36,984 nt of DNA from Thraustochytrium aureum (Eukaryota), in the NCBI GenBank assembly GCA_012862495.1, contig BLSG01000247.1, positions 54,419 to 91,402 on the forward strand, written 5' to 3'. Each line of letters starts with the position of its first letter. The first letter of the stretch is position 1. The notes beneath the pieces are model-generated. The model was not told the DNA's origin and did no database searches. It saw nothing but the letters and a program-made list of their open reading frames with translations. The position numbers and the translations under genes were made by a program. Below, piece after piece: positions 31,520 through 36,984 of the stretch.

Positions 31520-31750
31520 CCAGTCGGCCCGCTTTTGACTCGTGTGACAGCGCCGCGGCTGGTGGTCTGCGTCGCTTCGGGCTAGAAAAGCTGCACCAGG
31601 CAAGCCTCTCGCTGGGCCGTGCATCGCCGACTCGAACAGCTGAACTGCCACGCTTCAGGTCGAGACGTTGGAGGGCACCAACTGTAAGCGACAGGTGACA
31701 GAAAATAGGAATCTTTCTTACATTCTGTCTCTAGAGCTAGCCACCAACAA

Positions 31751-33333
31751 TCAAACGACGCTGTCCTTGTCGTCCTCATCGTCCCCAAGCTCCTCGAAGT
31801 ACGTCGAAACGCCATTGCGAAAATTTGTCGAATTGCTCTTGGAAGCCTGGGCGGGGTCGAGGCGGAAGGAAGTCTTGACCTGAACGGCGTTTTCGGACGT
31901 GGTGTCGTGCATGCCGACCGGCGTGCCCAAGTCGGTTCCGACGTAGGAAGAGAGCGGCGCGCCCTGCCCTTGTGCGACGGACGAACCATGGTTGCGAAAG
32001 CTCTCGGCTTTGCTGTTGTCAGACGAAGCCTTGCCACTTTGCGCAGAGGACGAGAGCTGCGTGGAGTGGGCAACTGCTGTCTGTGCGATCTTCTTGCTGA
32101 TGAGCGGGTAACCGATCCAGCCGATGGGCAGGAAGTAGTCGTGCTTGCCGATGAGGAAAGGCCAACAGGCGAAGAGCCCGTAGATGAAGAGCTGGAGCAG
32201 GCCCTGGCGGGTCCCCTCCCTTTGCGTGCTGCTGATGGCAGCCTTGAGCTGGAGAATGCGCATGTCCTGCGTCATCTTGTAGCTCTTGTTGAGGAGGCTG
32301 TTTACCTTGACGTACAAGTAGATCGCTTGTGCAGAGTAGAACGCGAGCGTCAGCATCATTCCGCCCATGTATCCGTAGTAGACGCCAAGCGCGAGCGTAT
32401 TGCGCTGACCGCCATCAATCACGGTCACGATGGGCAGGAGGCCGCAAAATACTCGACAGCGCGAGGTTGACCACCCTCAACGTTGGAGATGGAAATGANN
32501 NNNNNNNNNNNNNNNNNNNNNNNNNNNNNNNNNNNNNNNNNNNNNNNNNNNNNNNNNNNNNNNNNNNNNNNNNNNNNNNNNNNNNNNNNNNNNNNNNNNN
32601 NNNNNNNNNNNNNNNNNNNNNNNNNNNNNNNNNNNNNNNNNNNNNNNNNNNNNNNNNNNNNNNNNNNNNNNNNNNNNNNNNNNNNNNNNNNACGTTGAGA
32701 TGGAAATGATCTGTGCGATCCTCCGGCGGTTCTTCTTGCTTCCATGTAGAATCGAGGCCAAGAGCGCTGGTTGGAAAGCCGCCACCTCGAGGTAGAACCC
32801 AAACCGCGCCGTGGCGAACAAGATTGTCGCTGCCCAGGTGACGCCAATCCGCTGCGAGTCGTCCGCGAGCCGCAAAATCGCAAAGAGGACAACACTGGGC
32901 AAGCAAATCGCGTTGTACGCCAAAACTGCAAGAAGACCTCGGTTCTGCAGGACCGAGTATGACTTGCCGCTCTGCAGGTGGCTCCGCTTGAGGTCTTTGA
33001 ACTGTTCCCAGCGCCGCTTCACGTTGGGAATTGTCACGATCGAGGATGCCACGGTGATCAACAGCAGCAGGCCCACAGGAGTTTGACGACGAGCTCGTTT
33101 ATCTGACAGTCGTAGTTGTCCAGATTGACAAAGTCCGATAGGCCGACCCAGCCTGGACTGCACTCGCACAGCCCGGCCTCCGTGCAAGTTCCGTGGCTGG
33201 AGCACTGGCCCGTAAGGCCCCCATTGTTGGAGCCGAGCGGGAGGAAGCCGTCGAGCGTGCAGTTCTCCTGCTGCGCATTCGCAACTCCCGCGACGCCCAC
33301 GGCGACAAGCGCCGCGGCCGCGATCGCCTTCAT
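31751..33333 (-). CDS. Signal peptide + EGF-like domain + 7TM receptor-like protein; frameshifts at 33072-33074 and 32446-32449; spans a probably false gap
   Basis: MKAIAAAALVAVGVAGVANA signal peptide; CSSHGTCTEAGLCECSPGWVG...DC EGF-like motif; seven hydrophobic segments after merging the overlapping gap flanks; Ser-rich cytoplasmic tail. Confidence 0.78.
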
Positions 33334-34995
33334 CGCGCCCCAGCACGCACTTGAGCAGCCGTTTGTGAACAGTCGACCGTCGCTTCCTGCTGCGTTACCC
33401 TTCCTCTCGGGCGGTCTCGCGCGCGGGCCGTTCTCGATGCTCCTGGCCGCAGGCCGTGCGTGCCAAACACAGACCGCTGTGGGTTTGCACCGCTCGCTCG
33501 ATGGCTGATTGCACGGATGGGTGGATCGATCGATCGGTCGATCGGTTGATTGATCATCGATCGTGTGCGGCATTCACCACAACCAAATTCCTCCTCCGAC
33601 GAACTGTGAGGAGAATGGTTTGGTACATTGCCCGAGAAGCCAAGCCAACCATCCACCGTCACAGACTCACAGCCCAGGAAGCATTGCCAGGAAGGAGTAC
33701 ATACTCAGTCCTCTACTTGCCTACTACCTACCTCTGGAGCAGCAGAGTACGCGTGTGCACAACTTGAACTCCCACGACGATTGCAAGTCCGCTCGCTTCC
33801 GTCCACTGGCTTCGGCTTCGAGGCCGCGCTGTCTGCAATTGGCTTGTTTCAAGCGCCGCTCTCTCTGTCCAGAGAGGCCAGACCTCCTCTGGCTTTGCGT
33901 TGTGCTGTTCTGCTCTGCTGAGGCGGCGCGTGTGCATCGAGGATCCACTCGAAAATCGCGTCCACCGCGCCAGCGGGCCGGTTGCCAAGCTGTCAGACGA
34001 CCATCTTCGAACTGTAAGAGCCTGGGGCTCCTCTGCACCAACGTCGTCGTCCGCACTCCACCATCCGGCAGCCGACGCGAATGAATTCTGCCGCGAGAAT
34101 TGGACTCGTTCGGGACGTGCGTGCTCGCGTGTGCAAACCGGGCCGAACGCACAGCAAACCAAAGGATGGCCGACCCTCCTCAGCCTGCCAGCGCAGCACA
34201 GGCCATCATCACGACCTAACGCTTCCGAGGATTGCCAGGATGGAAAAGACAGTCGACGACGATCAAGTCCGAGCCAGTGGTTGGCCTTCGAAATGGTCGA
34301 GCGGCGGGGCTGATCATCGACCTCTCAACCGCTGGCACGGCCTTCACGTTTGTCGGAGTGTGTTCAAGGCTTTCGACGGTGCCGACCCCGACTCGAAGCA
34401 ATGCCGAGCAACTGAGTGTCGTTGCACTCCTGCACAAACGCACCCCGACTTGCACAAGCGCGCCGAATTCCGAACTCCCAACGCTCCCACGCGCAGGCCC
34501 CGACGTGCGCGGGCCCCGCAGTGACGACGACGCGTCCACAAAAAGGGCCCTCCTGCGTCACTGCGGCCCTGCGGTCGACGCGGAGGCAGTCGGAGGCGTC
34601 CCGCGCACGAAACAAGGCGCCTACTGTGACGTGCAAAAGCGAGATCTGCGGTCACGTGCGCGTAACGAGCAAGCCTCGTGCTCGCTCGGGAGCGTGCAGT
34701 CCGGGNNNNNNNNNNNNNNNNNNNNNNNNNNNNNNNNNNNNNNNNNNNNNNNNNNNNNNNNNNNNNNNNNNNNNNNNNNNNNNNNNNNNNNNNNNNNNNN
34801 NNNNNNNNNNNNNNNNNNNNNNNNNNNNNNNNNNNNNNNNNNNNNNNNNNNNNNNNNNNNNNNNNNNNNNNNNNNNNNNNNNNNNNNNNNNNNNNNNNNN
34901 NNNNNNNNNNNNNNNNNNNNNNNNNNNNNNNNNNNNNNNNNNNNNNNNNNNNNNNNNNNNNNNNNNNNNNNNNNNNNNNNNNNNNNNNNNNNNNC

Positions 34996-36600
34996 GGAGC
35001 CTACGCGCGCGTGCGCACTGACTCCGAAGAGGCCGCTGCGCGCGGCGGCGCTGGCGACCTCGACCTCTTCCTCGACGACGGCGACGCCGACCTGTTTGAC
35101 CTGGACCTGGACCTCGACGAGGGCGAGGGGGACGAGGGGGACGAGGACGAGGAGTCGCTCTCGGAAGGCGCTGGCCTGCTGTCAGACTCGGACGTCGATA
35201 GCCTGAGCGAGGGGGATTCGGCGGGCAGCGTTGACGACCTCGCCGGGCCGGCTAACGACGGGCTCTGGGCCAAGTCCGCCAAGAGGAGGCAGGGCAGCGG
35301 CGCGGCTGATGGCCCAGAGGCGGGCCTCGTGCGGCCGAGCTCGTGGCATCAAGGACAAGAGCGCGATGCGCGCGAGACGCTGCCGAGGCTACCAGGGAGC
35401 CGCAGCGAACTGGTCTCCCGAACGCGGCGCTTCAACAGCGAGATGGACGAAATGATCGTCGACTCGTTCAACGAGCACTACTCGGACGGGTGGAAAATGA
35501 AAGCGCTGGCGCGGGTGCTTCAGGTTGTCCTGATCGTTGCTCTCGTCGGGATGAGCCTCTGGGTGGTTCAAACCGCGTTTCCCGAGGTGAAAAACACGAT
35601 CAAAACGTGGGCTGCGTGGGCCAACAAGACGGGGACGACGGGCACCGTTACCTTTTCGATCGGCGCCGGGCTGCTCATGCTCGTCCCTGGCGTGCCGGGA
35701 TCTCTGCTCTGCTTCACTTGCGGGACGGTCTTCCCGTTTTGGCGCGCGCTGTTCGTGGCTGCGACGGGGCACCACCTGGGCGCTTGCCTGGCGTTCTTGA
35801 TAGGGCGCGTGCTCTGCCGCACGCGGTTCGAAAAGCTGTTGCTCTCGCGGCCGACGCTGCGCACGATGAGCATTGCGGCAAAGACCGAACAGTGGAAGGT
35901 GACTTTCTTGTCGCGCTTCATCGTCATGCCCGTGCAAGTGAAAAATTACCTATTCGGGGTGCTCCCTGTCTCGTTCACGTGCTTTTTCGTGATGGCCTTT
36001 CTGGGCGACCTGCAGAGCACCCTCTTTAGCGTCTACCTGGGCTCTGTGTCACAAAACCTGCTTGACAAAGTGGAGGCAAACCACGCTGCCCTCGAGGGCG
36101 TCCAGGTCGTTGAGCTCGAAGGGCGCGGTCCGTTGGAGGTCGCGGGGGGTGGGCAGACTGCGGCTGGCTGGCTTCCGATGGCGAGCTTCCTTTTGGCGGT
36201 GGGAATGACCACGGTGGCCTCTGTTGTGGCCCGCCGCGCGTACTTGCAGGTTCTGTGCGACATCAAAGCAGACCAGGAAGCCAGTCGCGGCGCGCGGCGC
36301 TCCAGGCGCCATTCTCAACGACAGCTCCGCCGGCGACGCCGACGACGTCCCAGCCAGGCGCGCAGCTGCGCGGACCCTGACTCGATCGCGCAAGTGAGCG
36401 CGCTCGAGCGCAGCGGCATTTTCGAGGCCGACCTGGAGCTTGGCAAGGGCGTGGCAAGATCTGAGCCGGGCGATCGCTCGCTGAACGAGCTTGATTTGAG
36501 CGACCTTGGTAGCTTGTCCGATTTCAGCCAAGCTGGGTCTGAGGTCGACGGCCCCGCCAGCTCGGGCCAAGCCCGCCGCTCCGCGAGACGTGTTTCGTAG
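34996..36600 (+). CDS. VTT-domain (SNARE-associated, DedA superfamily; TMEM64/Tvp38-like) membrane protein; 5' end in gap
   Basis: LVPGVPGSLLCFTCGTVFPFWRALFVAATGHHLGACLAFLIGR and WKVTFLSRFIVMPVQVKNYLFGVLPVSF...LFSVYLG match the VTT pattern. Acidic N-terminal region and basic/acidic C-terminal tail. Confidence 0.85.
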   Translation, partial: GAYARVRTDSEEAAARGGAGDLDLFLDDGDADLFDLDLDLDEGEGDEGDEDEESLSEGAGLLSDSDVDSLSEGDSAGSVDDLAGPANDGLWAKSAKRRQGSGAADGPEAGLVRPSSWHQGQERDARETLPRLPGSRSELVSRTRRFNSEMDEMIVDSFNEHYSDGWKMKALARVLQVVLIVALVGMSLWVVQTAFPEVKNTIKTWAAWANKTGTTGTVTFSIGAGLLMLVPGVPGSLLCFTCGTVFPFWRALFVAATGHHLGACLAFLIGRVLCRTRFEKLLLSRPTLRTMSIAAKTEQWKVTFLSRFIVMPVQVKNYLFGVLPVSFTCFFVMAFLGDLQSTLFSVYLGSVSQNLLDKVEANHAALEGVQVVELEGRGPLEVAGGGQTAAGWLPMASFLLAVGMTTVASVVARRAYLQVLCDIKADQEASRGARRSRRHSQRQLRRRRRRRPSQARSCADPDSIAQVSALERSGIFEADLELGKGVARSEPGDRSLNELDLSDLGSLSDFSQAGSEVDGPASSGQARRSARRVS

Positions 36601-36984
36601 CTTGTCGGCGTTCGCGGGGTTGGGCTTGCCTGCGCGTTGTAGTTTGCGAATGATTCTGTTAGTCATGTGCGGTCGAGCCCTGTGCTCGCGCCACATTGCG
36701 GTGGTTGCGATCTTGGAGCTCGAGGCGGGACGCCAAGGCGCGCCATATGCAGAAAACCCTCTGCGCGCCCAGCTGAGCCACGTTGGTCTGCAGACCTTGG
36801 CGCCCTGTACAGCTGAGCCGATCCAGTCCAAGTCCCCGAGGGGTAGAGTATGATAGATAAGATATGGTCGCGCGCGATCACCCGAAAGCCGGTTTTTGCT
36901 CCTTAGGGCCTGGGCTGGGCCCTCCCTCAGGCTCCCACCGGCAGTCTGCGGCGCATTTTCCGCACGGACATGGTCCGGTTGGTT

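Noticed and set aside
33563..34705. Several 100-170 aa ORFs on both strands upstream of the VTT gene
   Set aside because: No recognisable motif and no frame clearly favoured; cannot be supported as coding without homology or expression data.
5202..36600. Long ORF-track entries that run through N blocks
   Set aside because: Their length is an artefact of translating gaps as X; only flanks with independent motif support were used.

Overview
GC-rich, gene-dense, intron-poor eukaryotic scaffold from a microbial eukaryote. A stramenopile such as a thraustochytrid/labyrinthulomycete is my guess, not provable here. It has 10 N-gaps. About 16 protein genes can be supported: EF-hand+BTB(T1) protein, Ser-rich tail-anchored protein, ALDH (2 introns), 4-repeat Myb, MetRS with EMAP-II-like domain, mitochondrial ClpX, LRR protein with C-terminal TM helices, a THAP-like/coiled-coil ORF, WIPI3/4-type PROPPIN, ALKBH8-like dioxygenase, TTLL12-like (1 intron), REX1-like DEDDh exonuclease, amino-acid transporter, class-C-like 7TM, EGF-7TM and a VTT/TMEM64-like protein. 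Twelve of these genes are broken by 17 single-base frameshifts (12 missing bases, 5 extra), mostly in short homopolymers. A duplicated contig end at 32480-32709 that differs by one G points to sequencing indel error rather than recoding, so the ORF track fragments most genes. No rRNA, tRNA, CRISPR or intact transposase was seen. The best candidate for something undescribed is a divergent THAP-like zinc-finger ORF just downstream of an 8-copy, variably spaced 21-bp motif array (19925-20196); a related motif forms a second array at 31440-31519. This remains a hypothesis.
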